From contig OX597820.1 in assembly GCA_951406725.2 (NCBI GenBank), positions 122,574,001 through 122,638,000 of the forward strand: a DNA stretch of 64,000 nucleotides. Direction: 5' to 3'. The translations under genes and the position numbers were made by a program. A model generated the notes under the pieces. That model saw only the letters and a list, made by a program, of their open reading frames with translations, did not search any database and was not told where the DNA came from. The DNA comes from Octopus vulgaris (lineage: Eukaryota). Below are positions 14,216-27,464 of this stretch, piece by piece; position 1 is the first letter of the stretch, and each line of letters starts with the position of its first letter.

Positions 14216-14729
14216 TTTCTCAACGGGGATTTCAGGGAGTCACTGGCGATGTATCGTGATGATCAAAAATCCGGCCTACTAAAATTTGGTTAAAGTGATT
14301 CAAACTGTAGACTCAATGCAAAATGATCACATTTAATTCAATGAAAACAATTGGTATGTGTTCACAAAGTCCAAACAATTAATACGAAAAAACCCTCCAG
14401 GCTACATCCCAAAAATTCATTTCTTTGCCGAATTTCTACAATGTTTACGGCGATTCGTTTTTATATTTTTATTTTTTATTTTTCATGCAATTTACGCATG
14501 CTTGCACACGTGGTGAACACAGTTCACTTCAAACAGCTGACTGAGTAAAGTTCACTATTCAATGCATGGGATAAGGCCTAAATAAACACATTATTGATTT
14601 ATGCACATATATATATATATATATGCACATATATGCATATATATATATATATGCATATATATGTGCACACACACACATACACACATATACATATATGTAT
14701 ATATGCATACATCCTTCAATCCTTAAAAA

Positions 14730-15790
14730 TATTCCAGCCCAAGGTCTGCGGCCCTGCTTGGGCACCACTGTTGTGTGAGCTACACTAGTATGTGAAACCA
14801 CCTCTGATACCCACGTAACAAGGGAATTCGATGCCTCTGCCCGCATCTGTGTTTCCTGCCGAGTTAGGTTCATGTGGAACCCCTGACAAGAAGAGATTCT
14901 GTTTAGTTTTAAAGAAACCCACATCCACATCATGCAGGTCTCTCAGGCATTTAGGAAAGATATTGAAAAGCTGTGATCTCCTGAAACACAAGCTGTTGCA
15001 GTATCTGGTCCTGTATTTTGCTGGTGATGTTGGGATCTTTAGCACCATGCAATGGTACCTCGTTCTGCTGTTGGGATAACTTTCAATGCCAAAATTCGGA
15101 ACAAGGCCCTTCAGGATTTTCCAGTTGTATATCACTGCATATCTCTCCCACCTTCGCTCCAGGGAAAAGAGTTTTAATACTTTCAGTCTTTCCCAGTAGC
15201 TGATATGTTGCATTGAGACAATCTTCTTAGTGTAGATTCGTTGGATTGCTTTGAGTTCTGCTGTTAACTTTATATTGTGTGGTGACCATAGTTGGGAGCA
15301 GTAGTCCAAGTATCTGAGGATGAAGGTCTTCCAAAGGACCATGAGTGTCTCCTCTCTTGTTCAGAAAGTTCAGAGGATTCATTCATCTACTTGTCTGCAT
15401 ATTATTACCAAATTGGCAATATGCACTTGGAAAGATGCATCATTGCTCATGTCAATGCCCAGGACATGCACTGAGTTTGACTCAGGAATTGCAATACTTC
15501 CCGGGCCAGTATATCCAGTCTGCATGTCGTTCAGCTTTGTGTGCTGGCAGTGCAGGGCTTAGAACTTCCCTGCATTAAACTGCATGTTGATGTCCTCAGC
15601 CCACCTGTATATTGTATCCAAATCCTGTTGCAGATGTGCAATATTTCCAGGGTTTTGCATTGTCTGAGAGACTTTTGTGTCAACTGTATAACTAGCAAAG
15701 GTGGCCATCTTAGCAACTGAGGTCATGTCTGAAAGGGCCAATATGGACGGCAGTGGCCCCAAGGCAGTGACCTGTGGAAAACCACTTGTT
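14730..15790 (-). mobile_element. LINE fragment (CR1/L2 group): 3' part of RT and 3' tail, frameshifted
   Basis: [66 protein letters not shown]. Confidence 0.9.
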
Positions 15791-15799
15791 ATTTGTGCA

Positions 15800-15840
15800 A
15801 TATATATATGTATATATATATATATATATATATGCATATA

Positions 15841-15886
<46 letters not shown>

Positions 15887-15888
15887 TA

Positions 15889-15937
<49 letters not shown>

Positions 15938-16003
15938 TATATCTATATATATATATATATATGTATATGTATGTATATATATATATATATATATATGCAT
16001 ATA

Positions 16004-16039
<36 letters not shown>

Positions 16040-16240
16040 TATATCTATATATATATATATCTATATATATATATATGCATATATCTATATATATATATAT
16101 ATATATTTATATGTATGTATCTATATATATATATATATATATATATGCATATATATATGCAAATTTATATGCATATATGCATATTTCTATGCATATATGC
16201 AAATATATATATATGCATATTTATATGCATGTATGAAAAA
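15800..16240. repeat. (TA)n-based compound microsatellite
   Basis: Visible directly. Confidence 0.95.
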
Positions 16241-16935
16241 ATATATATTAATTTAATCAGGTTAGTTTACCATTAAACAATAGATGAAACGGTGCATCGT
16301 ATAAGAAATTACAGGGTAAATGTTTTTTTAAATTTTCTCCTGGTTTGCGGAATTAATGTTATTTTGTGGTTGAAGCTTTGGCTGTTATTTCTAGTGGGTG
16401 AATGGCCTATTATGGCCGTTCCTTGATTGTGATGTTGAACTTATAAATGGTCTATGACTATTTAATTTTTTCCCACTAGGCCGCTGGTGGCAAAAAAATT
16501 CTAAAAAAATTTTTTGCCACCCTATATTGATTAATATATGCATATATATATATTTATACACATACATATATATACATAAATATATACATATATATATATA
16601 TATATATACATACATACATACATATATATAAATACATATACATAAATATATATATATACATACATACATATACATACATATATATATATATATACATACA
16701 TATATATAAATACATATACATAAATATATATATATACATACATACATATACATACATATATATATATATATACATACATATATATACATAAATATATATA
16801 TATACATACATACATATACATAAATATATATATATACATACATACATATACATACATATATATATATATATACATACATATACATACATAAATATATATA
16901 TATACATATATATACATAAATATATACATAAATAC

Positions 16936-16966
<31 letters not shown>

Positions 16967-17281
16967 CATATATACATAAATACATATATATACATACATA
17001 TATATACATAAATACATATACATACATACATATATATACATATATAAGCACATATATATATACACATAAATACTTATATATACATACATATATATACATA
17101 TATATATGCACATATATATATACATATATATACACATATATATACACATATATATACACATATATATACACATATATATACATATATATACACATATATA
17201 TACATATATATACACACATATATATACATATATATACACACATATATATATACACATATATACACACATATATATATACAC

Positions 17282-17312
<31 letters not shown>

Positions 17313-17633
17313 TATATATACATATATATATACACATATATATATACATATATATACACATATATATATATACATATATATACACATATATATATACACA
17401 CATATATATACACATATATATATACACACATATATATACACACATATATACACACATATATACACATATATATATACACATATATATATACACATATATA
17501 TATACACACATATATATACACATATATATATACACACATATATATTTACATATATATATTTACATATATACATACACATATATATACAAGTATATATTAA
17601 CATATATACATACACATATATATACATATATAC

Positions 17634-17664
<31 letters not shown>

Positions 17665-17984
17665 CATATACACATATATATACATACACATATATATACA
17701 TACACATATATACATATATATACATATATATATACATATATATATACATATATATATACACATATATATACACATATATATACACATATATATACACATA
17801 TATATACACATATACATACATATATACATATATACATACATATATATATACATATATACATACATATATATACATATATACATACATATATACATATATA
17901 CGTACATATATATATACACATATATACATACATATATATATACACATATATACATACATATATACACACATATATATATACATA

Positions 17985-18245
17985 TAATAATAAATATTAG
18001 GGAATAAATCCAAATTTACAGGGAAAAATCAGATTTAGGATTGAATCCAATTTTATAGTAAAATATTATATAATATTAATTAGAGACAAAACCACTATTT
18101 TGCAAATCAAACAAGGAAAGACTTAATCAATACATAAAAAAATTTTAATATAAAGTAAATAAATCGCCACTACAATTGTTTCCTGTCTTCAAATGACATT
18201 CATCAGGTGGATTTCATATCTTCTATTCAATTTTAAAGTTATGAA
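17985..18245 (-). mobile_element. Penelope-type terminal repeat (pLTR) fragment inserted in (TA)n
   Basis: Carries a minimal HHR. Shorter copies of the same family (ATAGTGGTTTTATCTCTAATT) lie on + at about 33035-33110, 35885-36050 and 45740-45810, all next to (TA)n. Confidence 0.7.
18167..18210 (-). ncRNA. Minimal type I hammerhead ribozyme, canonical core
   Basis: Minus strand reads CCAC CTGATGA A-TGTC-ATTTGAA-GACA-G GAAAC AATT GTA GTGG, with palindromic stem III ACAATTGT. Confidence 0.88.
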
Positions 18246-18247
18246 GT

Positions 18248-18297
<50 letters not shown>

Positions 18298-18654
18298 TAT
18301 ATACATATATATATACATATATACATACATATATATATACATATATACATACATATATATATACATACATACATATATATATACATATATACATACATAT
18401 ATATATACATATATATATACATATATACATACATATATATATACATATATACATACATATATATATATATACATATATACATACATATATATATATATAC
18501 ATATATACATACATATATATACATACATACATATATATATACACATATATATACATACATACATATATACATACATATATATACATACATACATATATAT
18601 ATACATATATATATACATACATACATATATATATACACATACATATATATATAT

Positions 18655-18693
<39 letters not shown>

Positions 18694-19387
18694 CATATAT
18701 ATATATATACATACATATATATATACATACATACATATATATATACATATATATACATATATATATACATATATATATGCATACATATATACACACATAT
18801 ATACATACATATATATATACATACATATATACACACATATATACATACATATATATATACATACATATATATATGCATACATATATATATGCATACATAT
18901 ATATATGCATACATATATATATATGCATACATATATACATACATATATATATACGCATACATATATACATACATATATATATACATACATATATATATAT
19001 GCATACATATATACATACATATATATATACATATGTATATGCATACATATATACATACATATATATATACACATGTATATGCATACATATATACATACAT
19101 ATATATATACACACACACATATATACGTACATATATATATACACACACATATATATACATACATATATATATACACATATATATACAAACATATATATAC
19201 ATACATATATATATACATACATACATATATATATGCATACATATATACATACATATATATATACATACATATATATATACATACATAAATATATACATAC
19301 ATAAATATATACATACATATATATTTACATACATATATATTTACATACATATATATATATATACATACATATATGTATATACATATA

Positions 19388-19493
19388 TAGGCGCATGAGT
19401 GGCTGTGTGGTAAGTAGCTTGTTAACCAAGCACATGGTTCTGGGTTCAGTCCCACTGCGTGGCATCTTGGGCAAGTGCCTTCTGCTATAGCCC
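19388..19493 (+). mobile_element. SINE family B, 5' tRNA-like head only
   Basis: GGCGCATGAGTGGCTGTGTGGTAAGTAGC...GGGTTCAGTCCCACTGCG, A/B-box-like. Confidence 0.85.
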
Positions 19494-19515
19494 CTTCATC
19501 TGCCTTATCCTTCAT

Positions 19516-20930
19516 CTACCATTTCCGAGTCCGGAATATTTTGAAGAAATTTGTCCAGTGAACATTTGAATTCTTATGGGATCCGTTTCCGTTCTTATGT
19601 ATTTTGGTATAAAAGAAAGCTGGACCAGTTGAGGTAAAGTAATTGTGACGTAACGTTGCTATGTGTACCGAGTTCGATTTTTGTAGTGGGCGGATAGCCG
19701 GGGCCAAGTCTTGGATGGATTTTGGAATTGATGCCAGCATCATTTGTGCAATATTGATGGAATATTTTCCACATAACACAAATAATGTCGCGCTCCCTGC
19801 GGCGTTGGAGAGAGTAGAGATTGAGTTTTTTTAGTTGTCTCCAATAATCAATGCCTCTCATGCCGTCTAATTTTCTTGTTATTGACCTTTGGAGTGCATC
19901 TACTTTCATAGTGAGTTGCTTCGTATGGGGGGGGGGGGGCCCAAAGTAGGCAACAGTATTCAAGGAGGGGTCGGGCAAAAGTAGAGTAGTTAAAAATGAT
20001 GGTCTAGACATCTCTAGATCGGAAAGTTCTCAGAATCCAGGAGTATTTCCTGCAGGCCAAGTCAACCTTGCTGTTAGCGGGGGAACTCCAGCTTATATTG
20101 TTCTCAACAATTACTCCAAGGTCTCTGGTGTTGTTGGATGACACTAGGGAGTTGTTCGAGGGAAGAGCATATGGTAATTTCAGAGTTTCTTCTTTTCCAA
20201 AGTTGATCAAATCAAACTTATATACATTTAAAAGCGTATTGTTTTTTCCGCCCATTGGACAATAGCAAACAGGTCTGACTGAAGGCATGTTCGGTCTCCT
20301 ATACCGTTTATGGCTTTCTGGAGTTTGGAATCATCTGCAAAGATTTTCAATGTAGAATGTTTGATGACATCTACTATGTCGTTGATGTCAATAATGAAGG
20401 GGAGTGGGCCCAACACAGTACCTTGTGGGACACCACTACTAACTTTGGCTGAGCTGGATCGTGTTCCCTCAAACACAACATGTTGGGTTCTGTTCGCCAG
20501 GAAACGCTTCATCTACTGCAGGAGCTTTCCACGGACTCCAGTGTTGGACAGTTTCTTCGGCAGGATTTTGTGGTCCACTCTGTCAAATGCCTTGCTGAAA
20601 TCAAGGTATATGATGTCAGCGTTGGAGCCCACTCCCAACGCTTTTAAGATGTCATCAAAATGGTGCAGAAGCCGCGACAGGCAGTCCCTGCCCTCACGGA
20701 AACCACGGTGGTTGGGGTTCAGCAGATTGTTGTCTTCGAGGAAGTGAGTTATTTGCGATCTCACCACCCTCTCAAATACTTTAATGATATGAGAGGTGAG
20801 TGAGATCGAACGATAGTTCACTGCAAGAGATTTGTTTCCCTTTTTGAAGACTCGAATGACAGACTGGGAAAGAAAATGGTCAGGAATGTAGCCTAGAGGG
20901 AGTGCAATTTGATGTTGACACATCTTCAGG
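19516..20930 (-). mobile_element. LINE RT fragment (CR1/L2 group) with stops and frameshifts
   Basis: NYRSISLTSHIIKVFERVV, IYLDFSKAFDRVDH, GVPQGTVLGPL, IFADDSKL, LNLYSLQRRRER. Confidence 0.93.
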
Positions 20931-20947
20931 ACATAATATGCATATAT

Positions 20948-21285
20948 GGCGCATGGCTCAGTGGTTAGAGCGTCGAGCTTACGATCGTGAGGTTGTGAGC
21001 TCGAATCCCGGACCGGGCTGCGTGTTGTGTTCTTGAGCAAGGCACTTTATTTCACGTTGCTCCAGTTCACTCAGCTGTAGAAATGAGTTGCGACGTCACA
21101 GGTGCCAAGCTGTATCGACCTTTGTCTTTCCCTTGGATAACACTGGTGGCGTGGAGAGGGGAGGCTGGTATGCATGGGCGACTGCTGGTCTTCCATAACC
21201 AACCTTGCCCGGACTTGTGTCTAGGAGGGTAACTTTCTAGGTGCAATCCCATGGTCATTCATGACCGAAGGGGGTCTTTACCCCC
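20948..21285 (+). mobile_element. tRNA-derived SINE, family C, full length
   Basis: TGGCTCAGTGGTTAGAGCG A box and GAGCTCGAATCCC B box. Near-identical copies at 43795 (+) and 49665 (-), partial copies at about 48680 and 50361. Confidence 0.92.
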
Positions 21286-21364
21286 TTTATATATATACAT
21301 ACATACGTATAGGTGCATACTTACATCTGTACGTATATATATATATGTATTTATATATGCTTAT

Positions 21365-21970
21365 GTGGGCACAGGATGTCACGAAACGTGGAAAACAAAA
21401 AAGTACGAAGCACGAGTACATGGAGCATGAACTATTCTTTCGAACAACGAAAGACACAAATTGAAAACAAAACAAACATAAAGAACGACCCTTCATCAGT
21501 TGTTGACTGCTATTCTACTCTCGTATTTCGAGCATTTAACAACATTATATGCTTTTGATAAAACAGTTGCTCCCGCAAAACAAATTAAATAAAACTTGGG
21601 ATTTTGCGGAGGGTTAAAATAGGTGACACAAACAGGACAGTGAAAACAAACAGGAAGGGCTGCTAAGCCTAAACGAGGTTGTGGCGGCGAACGCATAATT
21701 CAAGCTAGGACTGGAGACAAACAAGAACACATCTTCCTTGTTCTAGCTACAACGGAGAGAAAGAAAGATGGCCGATGTTTACGTGGAATCCACGTGAGCG
21801 AGGGAGGAGGAGTGAGGGAGAGAGAGAGAGTGACTGAGTAATAAGGATAGAAAAGTGGGAGAAGAGGTAAAAGAATAAGAGAGAAAAACGAAAGAGTAAA
21901 AAGAACTATAGAGTGCGCATCAGAATTATTAAGATAAAACTTACTTGGAAGAGGATGCGTGGCGTTCAAT
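21365..21970 (-). mobile_element. Unclassified retroelement 3' or terminal-repeat fragment (possibly Penelope-like)
   Basis: Bounded by (TA)n-rich tracts, pyrimidine/T-rich on the minus strand, and contains hammerhead core motifs (see findings). Confidence 0.45.
21484..21567 (-). ncRNA. Candidate non-cyclically permuted hammerhead-like RNA (decayed copy)
   Basis: Minus strand reads ACTGTTTTAT CAAAAG CATAT A ATGTTG TTAAAT GCTC GAAA TACG AGA GTAGAATAGCAGT CAACAA CTGATGA A GGGT. Confidence 0.45.
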
Positions 21971-22252
21971 CATATAGTAATATATATACATACGTATATG
22001 TACATACATCTATACGTGTATATATATATAGTTGAGGTTATAAGAGATAATGGTATCATTGAGACCCAAGGTGTCAGCTAATGCTGAATAAGTGCTATAG
22101 ACAGACCATAGTTAAGTTCCAGATTCGGTCATTTTGCGAATAAAGGGTTCAACGTTGGTTCTATGTCAGCGTGTGTCTATATGATTTTTTTTGCGTAATG
22201 AGATAAAAAAAACCCAAGGCTTTGTAGATGTTAGAGCATTTATAGATAGGAG

Positions 22253-22304
22253 GTCTTACAGCTGTTTCTAGAATATTAATTAATAATATCCCTTCATCGG
22301 AGAC
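22253..22304 (-). ncRNA. Minimal type I hammerhead ribozyme, U4C core variant, in a pLTR-like fragment (about 22030-22590)
   Basis: Minus strand reads GTCT CCGATGA A-GGGATATT-ATTAATT-AATATTCT-A GAAAC AGCT GTA AGAC, with palindromic stem III ACAGCTGT. Confidence 0.8.
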
Positions 22305-22599
22305 GGTGTGAGAGGAAAAATTAAGTCATAGTTAGTTTAGATGTGATACAAAATAGAGTGAGGTGGAGGAAAGAAAATAGATGTAAGATGTGTATGCTTA
22401 TTGAGTTCATAAATCCGTTTTATAGGCATAATAGTATATATGTCTAATATTCCAATATCCTTTGAGTAAAATCCAAAAGTCCAACAGAGTTTAGTATGAG
22501 TCCATCCAGATGTAAAGTTTATAAGCAATGTAAAATTCTCTGAAAGTTGGTCCTTCCCAGTAGGGAATTTATATAGAATGTAGCAGATTCGAATCTGCT

Positions 22600-22870
22600 A
22601 CATTTTTTGTGTAGCTTCGCTGGATAGCCTCGAGTTCCGTCGTTAATTTTACACTCTTTGCTGATCACAGTTGGGAGAAGTAATCTAGACGGCAGAGTAC
22701 GATGTCCTCCAGAGGGCAATCACGGTTTCCTGTTCTCTCGATTTGAATGTTCGAAGGATCCATCTGGCCCTGCGTCTGCATTTTACGGCGAATTAAGTAA
22801 TATGCACGTGAAAAGATGCTCAGTCGCTCTGCTGTTTGAAGTAAACAACTTCTTATCTCTAGCAAGATGC
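22600..22870 (-). mobile_element. Short LINE fragment related to the 14730 family
   Basis: Minus-strand pieces ILRTFKSREQETVIALWRT, LDYFSQL, KLTTELEAIQRSYTK. Confidence 0.75.
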
Positions 22871-22889
22871 TATTCTCCTTATCGAGGAC

Positions 22890-23730
22890 AGCATCAGAAA
22901 TACAAGCAAAAAGATGAGCAATTGAAAAGCAGCCGGACCTGATGGCATCCAGGGATTTTGGATAAAAACGTTCAGCTGAAAGCATAAATTGACTGCAGAG
23001 TAATTTAATGCATTGATCGATGGAGAAGAAGAAATTCCAGGTGGTTGACCTGTTGTGCTTGAAAGATGTATCGAAAGGAAATGCTGCCGACATTTACAGG
23101 CCAATTTCTTTCCTTTCATTAATGTGGAAGTTACTGCCAGGAGAGGTTGCAGAAGAAATGTACAAATTTCTTGGTAATAATTACATTTCTTTTACCATTG
23201 GAACACAAGAGTTGTCGGAGGAAATGGCGAGATATCAAAAACTAATTATTGATAAAATGGTGATGTAAGACAAATCTGGGAATGGCCTGGATTGGCTATC
23301 ACAAAACGTACGATCTGGTTCGATATTTTATGTTTTGGAATTCGAGTTTTATGTTTTGGAATTGCAAGGAACGAAACATGTTTTCTGAAGAGAAACATGG
23401 TGGGTTGGAAAACTGAGTAGAGATAGTCCGGACAAAGCTTGGGAACCCTGAGCATCAGGTGAGGTATGTTCCAAGGAGATAGCTTATCACCGTTGCTTTT
23501 TGTTCTTCGCAGCATCTCTCTGATCTTGAGGAAAGTGAATCAGTTAAAAGGAAACCACAAGAATCAAGCATCTCTTCTTCATGGATGATTTGAAACCGTA
23601 TGGCAAGGATGAGGTGCAAATGGGTTCCTCGGTGAATACGGTCCACTGCTTTACTGTTGATGTCAAGATGGAATTTAAACCCAAGAAGTTTGGCATAATG
23701 AGCCTGAAAAGAGGAAAGGTTGAGACCTTT
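22890..23730 (+). mobile_element. R4/Dong-like non-LTR RT pseudo-fragment
   Basis: [61 protein letters not shown]. Confidence 0.85.
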
Positions 23731-24215
23731 ATATTGAATATGATGAGTTGTTTCTCATTTCGCTGAGTAGAGGTCTCTATCATCGAACGATAAAGCTTAT
23801 TTGTTGAGAAGGCGAAGTAACACGATTTTATCCTTTGGATTTTTGGAACTATAAACCGTCAATGTCTTCTAAGTCAGCGTCAACAGAATTTGAACTCAGA
23901 GGTAAATGTTTTAAATCAAAGATTTTGCCATTCTATGTGGCCTTGCTATGGTATTCATATATGATAGTCATGCTTCGTGTTTTTATCGATGGCTTTATCT
24001 CTTCGCTGTTTATTTATAGGAAAGATTCCCATTATACAATTTTGTATATTGATTGTATCTGGTGGTGGTCGACGGATGTTCCGCCGTTATATCCTGGCTG
24101 AATATTATTTGCAGTGAACGTTTGATGGGAGTTGTTTATAGATTGAGTCAATGACACTTGTGAATGAAACATTAAAAAATGAATGATGAATCTTGTATCA
24201 CTTACACATTGACGA

Positions 24216-24253
<38 letters not shown>

Positions 24254-27200
24254 TTATAAATAATTATAAGTAGGTTATTAATATAGAGAAGGAAGTGTAG
24301 GAATTCCTGATTAAATCAAGAATTTCCGGTAACTCTTACAGGTTTTCTGAGTAATAAGGGCAACAATGTTAGCTTCGTGGGGGCTTTAAAGTGTTAGAAC
24401 ATCCATAAAGGAGAAAGCTTCTAGCGGCCTAACTGTACAGAAATCGTCATTGAGGGTCACTGTGGAGAGATTTAAGAGGATTAACAGGGATGTTTGCAAA
24501 AGTTTTAATATATTAAGACATTAAAAGAGAGGTTTGTGTGACATTATGGTTTTTTTTTTACTGGTAACGGTCTACACCGTCGCCTGTTTCCATGGTCTCA
24601 GTTAGATCATAGTAGAAAGAGGATATAGAGAAACCATTTTAAAAAGTGCTGTAAAGACAGAGTGTCTCTGAACGGGATCGAACAATCGGCGACAAATAGC
24701 CATCAATTCTGCCTCCTCAAATCTTATCCTAACTTATTGAAAAACAAGAGAGTCTTAATGGATAGTTGTTATATATAGTTTATAAATAAGCATAAAACGA
24801 GTTTGTTATGAGTCGATGCCAATCGGTTCTATTGGTTTAGAGATGTTCCTGGGATGAATATTGTTGAGAACAATAACAATTTGAATTTAACAGAAACAAC
24901 CCCGTCGAGACAAGTCGCCATGTTGGTGGCGACATAACTAGATTATAAACTTAGCAGAAATGAGATAATTAATAAACGCAGGTACGATTACAAATTATAT
25001 TTTCCGTTTTGTGTTTTAAATCACTTGGAACGAAAACAGAGAAGATACAATTTTAAAGGAAGTCCACGTAACTGTTATTTTGTATTTAAGATTAAAACAC
25101 AAAAGAAAGGCTTGACAGTTAATTCGTAAATTTCAGAATCTAATTAGAAAGCATTTTTTATCCAAGTGTCTTAATTTTAAACGTTAAGTAAAAATAAATG
25201 TTGCAACGCGAAAAATATCTGAAGGAACTTTGTCAGTTTCTCACGTCAAGGATTTAATTTAGCAAAGTTATTTTATTTTAATTCAGCTTAATTTTTTAAA
25301 GTGTGTCGACGTTGTGTGTACCTTTCAGTTTTTAGATGAATACAAATACCCGGTAAATTTACAAAACCGCAACAAGCAAAGCAAATCATATTGTTTAAAC
25401 AATTATTTTAAAATTGGTTTTTGTACGAAGCTACACTGAAATGACGTCTGACTTAATCGTTTGGAAAACTGTGAAAATTATCTTTTAGACTTGGCTATTA
25501 AGGATCTCGCGCAAAAAAGTATGTATGAAATCAGATGTTACAGAGATTTCATAACATAGTTGTCAATCCCTTTAGTTTTCCAAATGTATTAAAGGTTGCA
25601 TGTCATCTTCGTCCTTCGAACGAGATTCTGAATTAATTCTTTGGCTTCCGTGATTAGAATATTCTTTAAAAGTTGGCCATCCCTGACGAATGGAAAATCG
25701 ATCTCCGCTTTCGATTGGTACTTGAACAATATCAATGCATCATAGTGACAAAGAAACGAGGAAAGTATCAGGTGGTTGTGCGATGTGCTAAAAACAACGG
25801 CTAAATTGCCCAAGTCACACACAAAATTTTATTTGTATAGTCTTTGAATTCCCATGTGTAGAAGACAAATTCGCTAAACTTCTTTGAAAATTCCAAAAAA
25901 TAGAAAAGTTACGAAGCGTTAATATGAGAGTGCTTAAATCAAAATTCTACCCCTCCGACTAAGAAGAAATTCCGACAGTATCCCGTTGAATATCTGCCTT
26001 ACAGCTTTATTCCATCGTCATAGAATGAAGCGAAACCAATGTGTCTCGTATGCATGGGCGAACTGTCAACTGATTGTATATAGCCAGCTCAGCTTAAAAT
26101 CCATTCAGAGACCAGGCTCAAAGACAAGAAAAAACAATCCAGTAGAATTTTAGAAAACCGTGCAATGAATTCCAAGCAAGAAAAATGGTGAATCACTTAT
26201 TTACTAATGAGCTGTGTAAAAATGATAATGGTCGACTGACATCCTATGAAATTTCTAAAATGATAGCAAAGGTTGGGAAACTTAATACTATTGGTGAAGC
26301 TATAATTTTGCCAGCGGCATCTGTCAAAATTTCATCATTTATGAAACAGAATGCTAATGAAATTCCTTGTAAGATTCCTTTAAGTAACTCGTCAGTGTCA
26401 CGGTGCATTGATGAAATTGCTAAGGTGTAGAAAAGCAACTTGTGGCCAAATCACAAATACAGAAATTTCCTCTTCAATTTGATGAATCTATCTTGAGAAA
26501 TAGTAAAGCTGTTTTATTGGCATGTGATCGTTTTCTTTTTTATTTTTTTTTTGGATGGTAATGAATTCAGAGAAGAAATGCTTTTTTTGCCAGACATCTT
26601 AAAAAAGACACTAAAAGCAAAACAATTTTCAAAAACGTAACTTATTTCGAGGAGCATAATATTCCCCACAGAAAAATAAGAGCTTGTGCTTATGACAAGT
26701 GCTCCGTCCATGATTGGCAGCTACAGAGGTTTTATTGCCTATTTAACAATGTATTTTGTATATACTGTGTGATTACACCAGCAACAATTACTGACGAAAC
26801 AATTAAGTGCACATCTCCACAATGCCCTTCCTATTGTAATATTGTTTACAAGACCGCATCTTTCATGAATTCTGTAATCGAGAGTTTGGACGCTTTGTAA
26901 TTCACACAGTGATCAAATGGTTATCAAAAGGTAATTGTCGGTGTTGCATTTTTTGTACTTTGGTACACTCTTGTTTCATTTCTGACTAACGACAATCTCA
27001 GTCAACAAATGGTTGCAACTAAATGTGATATATTTTATTTATCAAATATATTTGATAAAATTAATTTGATTAACACACAGCTTCAAGGAGAAAACTCTGA
27101 TCAAAGGAGCTATTACTGTTTTTCTAGGGAAAGTACAGTTCTAGAAAATGAATATTGTATGTTGTGTATTATTACAATTTCCTATACTGAAAACTTTCAT

Positions 27201-27464
27201 GATGGTATGCAAACTCGGTTTAACGACCTGCTGAAGTTAAATATACCGCGTTGGGTGACGTTTCTTTTTGAATTTAATATTGCTGATGATGTAGATGTAT
27301 GTTTGCAGGAGAATCTCATTGAATTGCAGAATGATGAAATATTTCAGGCAAGATTTAAAGATGGAGAACATAATGTATGGGAAAAAAACGACACTGCTAC
27401 AAAGTATCCATTATTCTGGTGGGGAAGTGCAGTTGGACTTTACTGCTTTCCATTTATCTTACCT

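Larger units (their letters stand above)
16540..19388. repeat. About 2.8 kb (TA)n/(TACA)n compound microsatellite interrupted by a repeat insertion at 17985-18245
   Basis: Visible directly; source of the long Y/I/V/C/M ORFs. Confidence 0.95.

Noticed and set aside
15701-19515. Long ORFs of 350-470 aa rich in Y/I/V/C/M/H/T (also 53115-54398 and many shorter ones)
   Set aside because: They are translations of (TA)n/(TACA)n microsatellites that lack stop codons
20948-21020. tRNA-like sequences at SINE heads (also 54231, 56830, 43800)
   Set aside because: They continue into multicopy SINE bodies and no convincing cloverleaf with terminator was seen
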